Assembly: GCA_963666215.2 (NCBI GenBank)
Contig: CAXWPL010000005.1
Span: forward strand, 928,001-992,000
DNA: 64,000 bases
DNA from: Acidobacteriota bacterium
GTDB lineage: Bacteria > Acidobacteriota > UBA890 > WLXD01
Direction: 5' to 3'
Positions 30,653 through 41,520 of the stretch are shown here, piece after piece. Position 1 is the first letter of the stretch. Each line of letters starts with the position of its first letter. Made by a program: the position numbers and the translations under genes. Under the pieces are notes generated by a model, which was not told the origin of the DNA, ran no database searches, and was given only the letters and a program-made list of their open reading frames with translations.

Positions 30653-31510
30653 TCAGCGGTCGACGGCGCGGATCTCGAAGAGCTTCGACCACAGCTTGCC
30701 GGTCACGAAAACTCGTTTGCGCTCGGCATCGTAGGCGATTCCGTTCAACACCGCGTCGATGGAAGCAGGTCGTTCTGGGTACAGGCCCGACATGTCGATA
30801 CGACCCACCACGTTTCCCGAGCGTGGGTCGATGCGCACAATGACATCGCTCTGCCAGACGTTGGCCCAAATCTCGCCGTCGATCACCTCGAGCTCATTCA
30901 GGCTGCGAACCGGCCCGCTCGTGTCGGTCACCTCGATGCGGTCGACGCGCTCAAAGCTCCGCGGATCGAGGAAGAACAGCTCCGCGCTGCCGTCGCTCAT
31001 GATCAGGTGGCGGCCGTCGTGCGTCAGCCCCCAACCCTCGGTGGCGTACTCGAAGCTGCCCACCGGGGCCAGCGAGTCGAGCGTGTACACGAACCCCGAC
31101 CCCGACTTCCAGGTGAGCTGGTAGACGCGACCCTCCATGATCGCGATCCCTTCGCCGAACAGCTGCCGTGGCAACGGGGTTTCCTGCTGCACCCGACCGG
31201 TAGCCAGATCCACGCGCCGAACGCCCGACGATCCGTAACGCCCCGTCCCCTCGTAGAGCGCGCCATCGACCATCACCAGCCCTTGTGTAAAAGCGCTGGC
31301 GTCATGCGGGTACTCGTTCACCACCTCGAACGTCTGCTCCGCAACGCGCGTGCGCTGCCGCCGCTCGGCGGCGGGCGCCGCGGCTGGCTCCTCCGAGACC
31401 GTTGGTGTCGCGGACCCCGAGTCCAGCGGCGACTGCCCCGGAGCGCAAGCCGGGGCGAGGAGCGCGGTCGAGGTCATCACCGTCAACATCGCCACACGAC
31501 AAACCTTCAT
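30653..31510 (-). CDS. Glutaminyl-peptide cyclotransferase (beta-propeller type), lipoprotein
   Basis: YPHD..FTQGL, EGTG.YG, FGEG, QLTW, EGWG, MSDGS, LNELE, VLNGIA; LAPAC lipobox. Confidence 0.9.
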   Translation of the reverse strand: MKVCRVAMLTVMTSTALLAPACAPGQSPLDSGSATPTVSEEPAAAPAAERRQRTRVAEQTFEVVNEYPHDASAFTQGLVMVDGALYEGTGRYGSSGVRRVDLATGRVQQETPLPRQLFGEGIAIMEGRVYQLTWKSGSGFVYTLDSLAPVGSFEYATEGWGLTHDGRHLIMSDGSAELFFLDPRSFERVDRIEVTDTSGPVRSLNELEVIDGEIWANVWQSDVIVRIDPRSGNVVGRIDMSGLYPERPASIDAVLNGIAYDAERKRVFVTGKLWSKLFEIRAVDR

Positions 31511-31652
31511 GGTCGCCGTCGTTCGCCCTTGTAAGCCGGTCAGTCACCGGCCGGTCAATTGAATGGAGAAGACGCAATCGGCCGCGTAGTCGTCACAATT
31601 CACGCCTCCGCGGCAGCGTAACAGGCGAGGGAGATCCTCGGGACACGAGAAG

Positions 31653-32549
31653 CTACGGGCTCGAAGCAGCAACGGTGAGGCGCAGGTAGGGGTCGAGCGG
31701 CTCGTCCGGCCGATCGTAGGACGACTGCTCGACTTCGTAGCTCGCTGACTCGAGCACGACTCGCAGCTCCGCAGCTGAAACCGGGAAGTCGCGACGATGC
31801 ATGTGACGGACGATCTCGTCGGCGCCCTCCCGACCGCCACCGCGATCCACGAAGCCCCCCGTGAGCCGCTCGATGAGCTCGAGCTTCCATTCTGGCGTTG
31901 TCGCGCGCGTGTCGGCGGCAAACCCGAAGGCCGGGACATTCGACAGAGCCAGGGTTTCAGGAGCGACGAGGGCTGTGGGCTGCGCTGGGTCGCCATCGAG
32001 CGCTGGGGGGCGCCGCAAGAGCTGGTGCTCCTGAGGTCGCAGGCAGTCGTGATTCACCAGTAGGCCGTCGGTAGCGAGCAGCGCGCGTACCGCGCTGGCA
32101 AGAAACCAGATCTCCTCCGGTGTCCCGTGGTGCCAGTTGAGACCCACGTACACCACGTCGAACGGCAGTCGCCCCGAAAGATGATCGAGATCCCATCCAC
32201 TGCCCGCGACGAGCTCAACCTCGACGACGTTCTCGGAGAACGGAAACTGGCGCGCGAGGGCGATCTGGTCGGGGTTGATGTCAACACCGACGTAGCTGAA
32301 ACGCCGCTCGGAATGCCGCGCCATCACCTCGCCTGGAGTCACCGGCAGCCCGCCGCACCCCAGGTCGAGCCAGCGGAGAATGCGCGACGGCCGCCTCGGA
32401 GCGTCGAGCCGTTCGGAGATGATCCTGGCGACTGAGTCGGCGGCCTCACGATGCAAGAGAACGTTCGATCGCAGCAGATCGGCATACGGCCCGCCACGCG
32501 AAAAGAACAGCTCGCGCCGCATCTCGAGATTGTCATCGAGTGGAAGCAT
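31653..32549 (-). CDS. Class I SAM-dependent methyltransferase
   Basis: WLDLGCGG, YVGVDIN, FDVVY...HH; GGAAGG RBS before ATG 32549. Confidence 0.75.
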   Translation of the reverse strand: MLPLDDNLEMRRELFFSRGGPYADLLRSNVLLHREAADSVARIISERLDAPRRPSRILRWLDLGCGGLPVTPGEVMARHSERRFSYVGVDINPDQIALARQFPFSENVVEVELVAGSGWDLDHLSGRLPFDVVYVGLNWHHGTPEEIWFLASAVRALLATDGLLVNHDCLRPQEHQLLRRPPALDGDPAQPTALVAPETLALSNVPAFGFAADTRATTPEWKLELIERLTGGFVDRGGGREGADEIVRHMHRRDFPVSAAELRVVLESASYEVEQSSYDRPDEPLDPYLRLTVAASSP

Positions 32550-32607
32550 TTCGCCTTCCTGACCGCTCACCGCCCCATCCTCCTGGAGCTCGAAAGCCCT
32601 CGCACCG

Positions 32608-33423
32608 TCATTGCAGCTCGAGCTCGACGAACAGCGGCCGATGATCCGACGCCACCGGCTCGTCGACGACACGCTGCGCGACAACACGGAAACGGCTTTG
32701 CGGCGCCAGCATCACGAAATCGATCTCGCGGTCCGGAGCGTCCGACGGGAACGTTAGCCGATCGGCTCCCTTGTCGAGAATCGACCAGCGGCGGGCGAGA
32801 AGGTCGAGCACGGGGGAGCCGGGGCGCGAGTTGAAGTCACCGGCGAGTATCAATGGCCGCGACTCGTCGGCGAGCGCATCGAACAGCTGCTGCGCCTGAG
32901 CCAACCGCTCGGCCTCGGTTCGATAGAGATGAATCCCGCCGAACACGAGCTCGGTGCCACGCGGCGAGCGTACGGCTACGGTCAGCGCGGTGCGTGGCTC
33001 GTCGCCATCGGGCAATCGATGGTTACGAGTCTCGAGTATCGGCCAGCGCGACAGGACGGCCATGCCGTACTCGCCGCCTTGATACGACATGAACGCCCCG
33101 AACCGGGCCTCGAGGCCGCTTGCCCGTCCCAGCGCCACCGCCTGGTCGACACGGTCGGTGCGTTCGGTGCCCCGATCGATTTCCTGAAGCGCAACGAGAT
33201 CGGGCCGCAGGCGGGTGATGACCTCGGCGATGCGATCGAGATCAACGCGCCCGTCCATCCCGGCGCCATGGCGAATGTTGTACGAAACGACGCGCAGACG
33301 CTCGCGAGCAACACGAGGCTCGCTCTCCTGTGCGCCCGTGGAGGCTACGGCAGCAGCAACCAGAGCCACGACCACGAGGGCAGACGAGCCCTGCGCGATC
33401 AGCAGGATCGATCGCCGTCGCAC
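32608..33423 (-). CDS. Secreted endonuclease/exonuclease/phosphatase family protein
   Basis: SYNIRHG, ALQEID, AGDFN, IDF, SDHRP. Confidence 0.9.
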   Translation of the reverse strand: MRRRSILLIAQGSSALVVVALVAAAVASTGAQESEPRVARERLRVVSYNIRHGAGMDGRVDLDRIAEVITRLRPDLVALQEIDRGTERTDRVDQAVALGRASGLEARFGAFMSYQGGEYGMAVLSRWPILETRNHRLPDGDEPRTALTVAVRSPRGTELVFGGIHLYRTEAERLAQAQQLFDALADESRPLILAGDFNSRPGSPVLDLLARRWSILDKGADRLTFPSDAPDREIDFVMLAPQSRFRVVAQRVVDEPVASDHRPLFVELELQ

Positions 33424-35468
33424 TAGCGTCGAGAGCCCGCCGTGTTTTCGTGGAACGTCAGTCCACCGGCGATGCCCCCGCTGAACAGATCCAGGTCGCC
33501 ATCGCCATCGATATCGACAAGCGCCGGTGTTGTCATCGGTCGCATGGGAATGTCGAGAGTCCCGTCCATCTCGAAGCTCGGCTCGGTGACGCTACCCACG
33601 TTGCGTATCAGCAGAACGCCCTCGGACTCCGAGCCGACCAGGAGATCGAGGTCGCCGTCGCCATCGATATCGGCCAGGGCCGGAACGCTGCGGCGCCCGG
33701 CATCGAGTATTTCGCCCCCCACCTCGAACTTGTCGGCAACGAGCTCGAAGCTCGGCTGCTGTGCGCTGCCAACGTTGCGGTAGAAGTTGATCTCGCCCGA
33801 AGACTCGCCGACGAAGAGGTCGTAGTCGCCGTCACCGTCGATGTCGCCGAGCGTGGGCGTTGCGTTACGGCCGCGGCTCAGCTTGGCGATCTCCGGATCG
33901 GCAACCTCCCACTGCCACTTGGCGCCGCCAGAGTTGCCGTCCACGCGATTGACGAGGTACTGCAATTCGTCGTCCCAGGTACCCAGAAGGATGTCGATGT
34001 CGCCGTCGGCATCGAGGTCCGCGAAGGCCGGCGAGTGATGGTACACGGTGTCGAAGCCCTCCACGGCGCCGCGTTCCTGCAACCGCGGCTCGCTGGCGCT
34101 GCCGACGTTCTCGAAGAAGAACAATCGTCCGGCCTTGGTGTCGCCGGGCTCGATCTTGTTGCCCAGGAACAGGTCGAGGTCGCCGTCGCCATCAACGTCG
34201 GTGAACGCCGGGTAGCTGTCGCTGCCGACATCAATCTGCGACACGAAGCGGCGGCTGCGTTCGGTGAAGCGCTGTGCTCCGCGATTCTCGAGCATCAGAA
34301 AGTTGTCGATCGTGGAGTTGTTCGGGTTGAACGCTCCGCCGAGAACGCCAACCAGCAAATCGAGGTCACCGTCGCCGTCGAGGTCGCCGAACGCCGGGGC
34401 GTTGTAGCCACTGGTGACCACGGGGGTGTTGCGCGGGAACGATTCGGGCTCTGCACGCATCGAGGGTGTGCGACAGGAGCCGCGGTTTTCGATCAACAGC
34501 AGGCCAGCCTCGAAGAAGTCGCCCCAGAACAGGTCGAGGTCGCCATCGTTGTCGATGTCCTCGAGCGCCATCGTGTTGGCGCCGTGCAGCGTGCCGCGCT
34601 CGAGCGACGGCCGCCTTTTGTACCGCGTGTTCTCGACTCGTGGGCTCGCCGCCGCGGCGGTCAGAGCGCCGGCGTCCTGTTGCCGAGCCTGCGGGTTGAC
34701 TTGCAGATTCTGACCGATGATCTCGATGTTCTCGAAGCGGTCGACCACGTGGCGGAAAACCGGGATCCCGCCCTCATCCATGCGCGCAACTTCGAAGCGA
34801 GTGATGATGCCCTCAACGCGACCGACCAGCAGGTCGAGATTGCCGTCGCAGTCGAGGTCGGCGAGCTTCGGAATATTCTGACGATCGGAGAACATCTCCT
34901 CGCCGTCAACATCGAGGAGCTTCTCGCGAGTCAGCGCCAACCGCGGCTCGGTAGCGCTGCCGTCGTTGCGGAAGTAGCGGATGCGGCTGAAGCGCTCCTC
35001 GCCAAGAAGATCGAGATCGCCGTCGTCGTCAACGTCGACGAGCAGGTACCACTCACCGATGTCGAGATCCTGGTAGCGGTCGGATCGCCACACCAGCTCC
35101 GCCTGCTCAGCGCTGCCGACATTCTCGAAAAACATCACCTCGCCCGAGTACTCCTGGACGAACAGATCCAGGTCCTGGTCACCGTCGATGTCGGCGAGCT
35201 GCGGACGCGGCACGTTGAAACCACCCAGGAACGGGTGCACGTACGGCTGTCCCGCCTCGTCGAGCACCTCGAAGGAGTAAACGCGTCGCTCGAACTTCGC
35301 CTCGTCGGAAGCGGCCGGAACCAGCGCCGTCGCTCCCCCGAGCAGGATCACCAGCGGCACGAGCGCGCAGGCGGTGGCCAACCAGCTGCTGGCCGATCGG
35401 CTAGCGGGCGTGTCGCGGTGCGCGACTGCGGATGATCTGGATGACTGCATTGACGGTTTGTGACTCAT
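33423..35468 (-). CDS. Secreted FG-GAP/VCBS repeat protein
   Basis: About ten P.(F/L).D.DGDGD.DL repeats followed by (F/Y)ENxG turns. Confidence 0.85.
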   Translation of the reverse strand: MSHKPSMQSSRSSAVAHRDTPASRSASSWLATACALVPLVILLGGATALVPAASDEAKFERRVYSFEVLDEAGQPYVHPFLGGFNVPRPQLADIDGDQDLDLFVQEYSGEVMFFENVGSAEQAELVWRSDRYQDLDIGEWYLLVDVDDDGDLDLLGEERFSRIRYFRNDGSATEPRLALTREKLLDVDGEEMFSDRQNIPKLADLDCDGNLDLLVGRVEGIITRFEVARMDEGGIPVFRHVVDRFENIEIIGQNLQVNPQARQQDAGALTAAAASPRVENTRYKRRPSLERGTLHGANTMALEDIDNDGDLDLFWGDFFEAGLLLIENRGSCRTPSMRAEPESFPRNTPVVTSGYNAPAFGDLDGDGDLDLLVGVLGGAFNPNNSTIDNFLMLENRGAQRFTERSRRFVSQIDVGSDSYPAFTDVDGDGDLDLFLGNKIEPGDTKAGRLFFFENVGSASEPRLQERGAVEGFDTVYHHSPAFADLDADGDIDILLGTWDDELQYLVNRVDGNSGGAKWQWEVADPEIAKLSRGRNATPTLGDIDGDGDYDLFVGESSGEINFYRNVGSAQQPSFELVADKFEVGGEILDAGRRSVPALADIDGDGDLDLLVGSESEGVLLIRNVGSVTEPSFEMDGTLDIPMRPMTTPALVDIDGDGDLDLFSGGIAGGLTFHENTAGSRR

Positions 35469-35618
35469 CTCGTTAGCGCCGGAAGACGGTTTCAGAAGCG
35501 TGGTGGTCAGCTTAGACGACCACAGCCGGACACGCCGCCGTATGCGACAATCACGCCCCTCGGCCGCTATCGCCCGCGGCGCGTATTCTCGCCACCCTGG
35601 TCCCTAGTGGAGGCTGAC

Positions 35619-37639
35619 ATGGGGCACCTCCCACAGAAACTCCAGCGTGCGAGAGCCGGGCTGGTGCTGGTGCTCGGCGCGATCTTCTGGATCGCGCCAC
35701 CAACGCCGGCGGCTCCGACGACGGCGAGCCTGGCACGCGCATTCGCTTCGAAGATGTTTCGCGAGAGCTGGGAATCCGCTTTCGGCATCATGCCAACATC
35801 TCGGAGGCAGCGTTCCTCCCCGAGATCATGGGCGGCGGTGCCGTTTGGCTCGACTTCGACCGCGACGGGCGTTCGGATCTCTACCTCGTCGACAGCGGAC
35901 CCAACACGTTCGCCGACCAGGCCGCGTCGCTACGGGCGGCGACGCCCTTCGAACGCCCCGATCCGGAGATGATCGGACCCCGCAACGCGCGGCGCCACGA
36001 GGGCGACAACGCCCTGTCCCGCAGAGGACGCCGAGGCGGCAGGCGAAACGACGGCGCAACAACCAACACGTCCTTCGACCTCGTCCGCGACGCTGCGCCC
36101 GGTAATACCGGCTACGGCATGGGCGCCAGCTCCGCCGACTTCGACAACGACGGTTGGAGCGACCTGCTGGTGACCAACTTCGACACACTGGTGCTCTACC
36201 GCAACAACGGCGACGGGACGTTCTCCGACGTCACCCTGGCAGCCGGCCTCGTCAGCACCGGCTGGGCGACGAGCTCGGCGTGGGGCGACCTCGACAACGA
36301 CGGCTTCCTCGACGCGTTCATCGCCAACTACGTCCGCTATCCGCTGCACCGGCGGCCGCAGTGCGGCACGTCGCAGTACTGCCCGCCCGACGACAGCCCG
36401 CCTTCGCAAGATCAGCTGCTGCGCAACGTCGACGGCCAGACCTTCGCCGACCAGGGCGAGGAGGCGATCGTTTCGGAAATCGGCGGCACGTGGGGCAACG
36501 GTCTGGCAGTGGCGATGAGCGACATCAATCTGGACGGCCGCCTCGACATCTACGTCGCCAACGACATCACGCCCAACTTCCTGCACGTCAACATGATTGG
36601 CAGTGGCGGGTGGCGGCTGGAGGAATCGGCGCTGTTCACCGGCACTGCGGCGAACCGCAACGGCTACCCCGGCGCCAGCATGGGCGTCGACTTCCAGGAC
36701 CTCGACGGCGACGGCCGCGCCGAGATCGTCGTCACCAACTACCAGGGCGACACCAACAACATTTACCAGGCCGGGGCTATAGCGCGTGAAGACTACACAT
36801 CCAATCCCAACGACGACGGGATCTGGTTCATCGGCGGCGTCACCAGCGACAAGATCGACGCGGCCGTCGCCAGCTCCGAGCTCGACCTGTACGACGACGC
36901 TTCCTTCGAGCTGGGTGTTGGCGAGCCCTCGCTCGAGCGGCTCGCATTCGGCGTTGCGCTGCCCGACCTCGACGCCGACGGCGACGCCGATATGGTGATC
37001 GCCAACGGACACGTGCAGCCGCGCCTCGACAACTTCGCGCAACCCAACCAGGTTTTCGAGAGCCTCCTGGCGCAGCGACGCGCACAACCTGGCGCCAACG
37101 ACGAGGCGACGGCGGAGACCCAGCCTGTCACCGAGGCCCTGTTCCGTGACGTCTCGCTCGATACCGGAGAGGCCCTCATGCGCAACCAAACCTCGCGTGG
37201 GCTCGCCGTGGGCGACGCCAACGACGACGGCCTCCCCGACATCGCGATCGTCAGCCTCGACGCTTCGATGCAGCTGATGATGAATCGCACCCAGCAGCCT
37301 GGCGAGCGGATCGTGGTCAGGCTGCGAGGCAGAGCCTCCAACCGCGACGCCGTCGGCGCCCGCCTTCGAGTCGTTCCGCTGCAAGCAGCCGAGGGCTCGG
37401 AGCCAGGCCGCAGCGGGGCGCCGCAGCACTTCGAGGTGCGCGCCGGATCGTCCTACCTATCGCAGAACAGTCTCGACCAGTTCGTCGGCCTGGGAGCAGC
37501 GACCTCGGCGTCGATCGACGTTCGCTGGCCGGACGGATCGACCGAGCGCATCAACCAGGTCACCGCGGGGCAGCTCGTGCTCATCGAGCAAGGCCAAGGC
37601 GTCGTCGGGACGCGCGCATTGACCCCGACCTTGTTCTGA
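35619..37639 (+). CDS. CRTAC1/ASPIC-UnbV family protein, frameshift near 35697
   Basis: GGAGG RBS and signal peptide from ATG 35619. Second frame has FEDVS..GIRFRH, MGGG..DFDRDG, FG-GAP repeats, SNRDAVGAR, SYLSQ, VRWPDG. Confidence 0.85.
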
Positions 37640-37650
37640 GCCCTGACCCG

Positions 37651-40132
37651 CTACGGGCGATCACCCGCCCGTTTTACCTTGAGCAGAAAGAGCCCCTCTT
37701 TGCCGGAGGTCACCGCCACCACGCCGCTCTTGAAGAACGGGTAGTTGCTCCACGAGCCGATCGCGCCCGCGATGATGTTGCCCATCCCATCGTTGTTTCC
37801 TCACGGCACGGTGTCGAAGAAGCCGAGCTCCTCGAGGTTCTCGCGATCGGAAATGTCGACGACTCGTAGCCCACTGCGGTAGTTCGACTGGTACATCAGG
37901 TCGCCGACGATGTGGAGGTTGTGGTCGGTGGCGGTGCTGTCGGTGATGTACTCGCTCACGAGGATGGAGTCCTCGAGATCCTCGACATCCCACACCAGCG
38001 TCCGCGTCCCGACACCTCGTCGCCCTCGTCGTTCATGTAGAAATAGCGGTGCTCCTCGTCGAGCCAGCCCTGGTGGGTATAGGCCAGATTCGGATAGCTC
38101 GATGACGACAGCAGGCTCGGACTGCGCTTGTCGGTAACGTCGGTGATCGGCAGCGCCACGGCATCGGAGCTGAAGCACAGCTCGTTGCCATCGTAGCGAG
38201 AGTCGGGACCGTGGTAGCTCTCGCACTGGATGTCGTGTGTCCCCATCGGTCGCCGCCCCGCGGCTACGAGAGGCTCGAAGCAGCCGGCGAATTGTGGGTC
38301 TTGCGGATCTTCCACGTTGATCATGTGCAACGCGCCGCCGCAGGTCTCGCCGCCGGAGCTGTTGCCCACCGCGTAGGCGAAGGCGGTGTCCTCGTTGATC
38401 GCGATGTTGTGCGACGACGCCACGCGGCCGTAGTGCGCGTCTTCGGTGAGGTGTAACGGCTGGCCGGAGTACTCGCGCAGGCGAGTCAGGTCGAACACCT
38501 GCACTCCGTGCGGGCCGGATGCGTCGGCAACGATGAAGGCGTGGTCAGAGTGCACCTTGATGTCGCGCCACAGGCTCGCCGGCGACTGAGCGGACTTCGG
38601 CAGCTTGCCAACGAAGACCGGACGATACGGGTCGGTGACGTCGACGAATGAGGTGCCGTCGCGCATGCCGACGATAGCGTATTCCTTGTCGCTCTCGGAG
38701 TCGGTCCAGCCCCAGATGTCGTTGGTGGTGACACCGCGATCGCCTCCCATCTCGTGCACCGGCAGGTAGGCGATGAGGTCCACCTGGTTGCACTCGAAGA
38801 TGTCGGCGCGGCCGTTCTCGCACGGCACGCCGCCGGTGATGGCGTCGAGGCCACGCGGCGCGCTCAGCACCCGGGCGCGATCGAATCCACCGTTGAGCCG
38901 CGTCATGATGACGGCGGTACCGGCGCCGAAGTCATCGCCGGGGAAGGCCAGCCACAACAAAGTCGGAGTTGGCCGCAACGCTCACTCCGTAGGCTGTTCC
39001 CCACTGCAAACCGGCGGTGTCGACCTTGGAAACCACCGACCACTCGCGGTTGCGGCCACGGGCGAAGCGGTAAATGCGGCCTTCCAAGTTGCCCGCGCCG
39101 GGCGCTCCAACAAAGAACTCGTCGCCGCCCCAATCAAGCGATGCTCCGAAGAACGACGCCGGGGGGGGCGTCGAACCGGACGAAGCGTCCACCCGACGTC
39201 CAACCCTGGTCGGGAACGTCTACGTAGCCGTACACCGCGCCGGTCATGTTGTCGGCCCCGACGGCGCCGATGATCGCGCGGTCGCCGACAACGTCGAGGC
39301 TGTAGCCGAATATCGCTCCGCTGGCTCCGGCAGCGCCAGGAACCGTCAGCTTGACGGTACGTTCGAAGCCCTCCGCACCGCGCTTGAAGGCATACACCGC
39401 GCCGTCAGGTCGGTTCAGACCCAGCGCCGCCAGCAGAAACAAATCGTCGGGCGCAGCCGGAGCGCCGACCAGCAGCCAGTCACCGTCGAGCCCCACCGAG
39501 GTGCCGAAGGCCTCGGCGCGAGACTCAGGAGACTCAGGAGACCCAGGAGACTCAGGAGACCCAGGAGACCCAGGAGACTCGGACTCGGCCCCGGCCCCCT
39601 CGTCGGCCGCCGGACAGACCTCCATCCCGTCGCCTTCGAGCGTTGCCATGCGGTTCCAGTTGTCGCCGTCGCGCTCGAAGACGTACACGCGCCCCTTGCC
39701 GTCGTTAGCCCCAAGAACACCCACCGCCGCGAGATCACCGCTGAGACCAACAGCCGTCCCGAAGCCGCCGCCCATGCCGTCGCCCGCCAGCCTCGCAACC
39801 TCGACCCAGGCGCCGTCGCGCTTTGCGAACACGTAGGCGGCGCCGGCGTTGGACGCGCCAATCAACATGAGATCGCCGTCGACCGCCAAGGATCGGCCAA
39901 AGCCGTCGTTATCGGCCGACTCCGACCCGGTCAGCTGTTGCACCTCGCTCCAGCCACCCGACCCCGGCCGGTAGACGTACACCACCCCCGACGCGATCGT
40001 GTTGCCGGGCTCGCCGACAAAAACGTCGCCGCCCGACACCGCGGCTGTGCTCCCGAATCCGATTTGCGCATGAGCCGGTGCAACGCAGGCGACGAGCACC
40101 AACGAGACGAGTCCGCAAACGAGCTTCTTCAT
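37651..40132 (-). pseudogene. Choice-of-anchor B family protein with N-terminal FG-GAP repeats, degraded copy
   Basis: Paralog of 41521-43977 (NDIWGWTD, WRDIKV, YTHQGW, HNL, SNY.SGLR, WSNYPFF). Frameshifts near 39165 and 38945, a short deletion near 38010 and an in-frame TGA at 37801-37803. Ends at TAG 37651. Confidence 0.85.
39521..39580. repeat. 9-bp tandem repeat (AGACYCAGG) x6
   Basis: Read directly; encodes SPG/SPE repeats on the minus strand. Confidence 0.9.
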
Positions 40133-40313
40133 GATTCGATCCTGAGGGGTGAGAGCGTCCGCGGCGTTCGATGCAAGCCCGGACGGCAGGCGAAGGTAGT
40201 GACGGTCGTGAACGCAGAGCTTCACGGACGGCGGCACAGCAAGCAAGGCAAGGCGCGCGCTCGACGCGTCGCGGCTCAATCGTGCTCACCGGGCTACGAG
40301 CTCTACGGAAACT

Positions 40314-41510
40314 CTAGCGATGCGGGCGGGTAGCAATCCCGGCGGCGTAGGGCGGCACTTCGATCACGGCGACGATCGAACGCGTTGCGGTGTCGATCGC
40401 CACCACGGTGCCGGGCGGTTGCTCCCCTTCGGCGAGCTCACGCGGCGCGTAGCCGCCGTTGGTGTTGCGGCCGGAGACCCAGAGCGTGCTGCCGTCGGCT
40501 GAGATCGCGCTGCCGTGAGGCTCCGAGAGCCCGCTGCCGGCGATTCGGCCGGCGACCTCCCAGGTGGACGTATCGATCACGACAACCGAATCGGCCAGCC
40601 GCATCGGGAAGTGGACAAACGCTCCGTCCGGTGAGTAGACCGGGTGCCAGGGTGCGCCGCCGACGCCGATCGATTGGGTCTGCACCGGCGCCATCGGGTC
40701 GGCGAGATCGAACACGAGGATCTCTCCCGACATCTCGCCGCCGGCCACCAGGGTGTTGCCGTCGGGTGAGATCGCGAACTGAACCAAGGTGTGTAAGTCA
40801 CCGTCGACGTCGACAAGCTCGAGCCCGTCTTCCGTCGGATCCACAACGGCGATGCGGTTCTCGGCCAGGCTGGCGCTGTACACCTGGCCGCTGGGGCCAT
40901 GGACGGCGATGGCGTGGGGCCGTGCGAAGAAGACGTCGAGCTCCTCGATGCTCATGTCGCCGCGCTCGATCACACCAATGCGCTGCGGCGGATTCACCGC
41001 AGCCATGGAGCGGCCCACAAACAAGCGATCGCCGCCCGACTCCATGGCCAATATCCCTGGGCGCTCGAACTCGAGCTGGCCGACCAGGTTGTTGTCGCGA
41101 TCGAACTTGAGCACCTGGTTGTCGCCGATGAGCGACACATACCAGTGAGAGCCATCGGGCTCCACTGCCGTGTCGTGCGGCCGTGACGTGCTGGTGAAAC
41201 CGAGGGCGGTCAGATCGATCGTCGCCACGACCTCACGGGCGTTCATGTCGATCACCGAGACCGCGGCACCGGCCTGACTGGCAACGTAGAGCAGCTCGGG
41301 CTCGGGCGCCGCGTCGCTCGGCCCCGATGCGGCGGCGTCTGGATCCGGAACGTCTGAGTCCGGTCCTGGTGCCGCGCCACGAGCGCAGGCCGCGAGCGCT
41401 ACCGCGAATAAAGCGACGGCGAACAGAGCGACCGCCAGCCGAACAGCCGACAACAGAGCGACCGGGGTGGCGCGTCGCGCCACCCCGGCCCGAGACTGCC
41501 AGTTGATCAC
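40314..41510 (-). CDS. YncE/YVTN-type beta-propeller lipoprotein
   Basis: LAAC lipobox; LYVASQ..VSVID, PH...SPDG repeats. Confidence 0.8.
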   Translation of the reverse strand: MINWQSRAGVARRATPVALLSAVRLAVALFAVALFAVALAACARGAAPGPDSDVPDPDAAASGPSDAAPEPELLYVASQAGAAVSVIDMNAREVVATIDLTALGFTSTSRPHDTAVEPDGSHWYVSLIGDNQVLKFDRDNNLVGQLEFERPGILAMESGGDRLFVGRSMAAVNPPQRIGVIERGDMSIEELDVFFARPHAIAVHGPSGQVYSASLAENRIAVVDPTEDGLELVDVDGDLHTLVQFAISPDGNTLVAGGEMSGEILVFDLADPMAPVQTQSIGVGGAPWHPVYSPDGAFVHFPMRLADSVVVIDTSTWEVAGRIAGSGLSEPHGSAISADGSTLWVSGRNTNGGYAPRELAEGEQPPGTVVAIDTATRSIVAVIEVPPYAAGIATRPHR

Positions 41511-41520
41511 CCAGCTAACC

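Noticed and set aside
37801-37803. TGA recoding (Trp or Sec)
   Set aside because: TGA ends many genes here, TGG is used for Trp throughout, and the same gene has other lesions.
39521-39580. Short repeats as a CRISPR array
   Set aside because: The 6-9 bp units have no spacers, are in-frame coding, and no cas genes are present.
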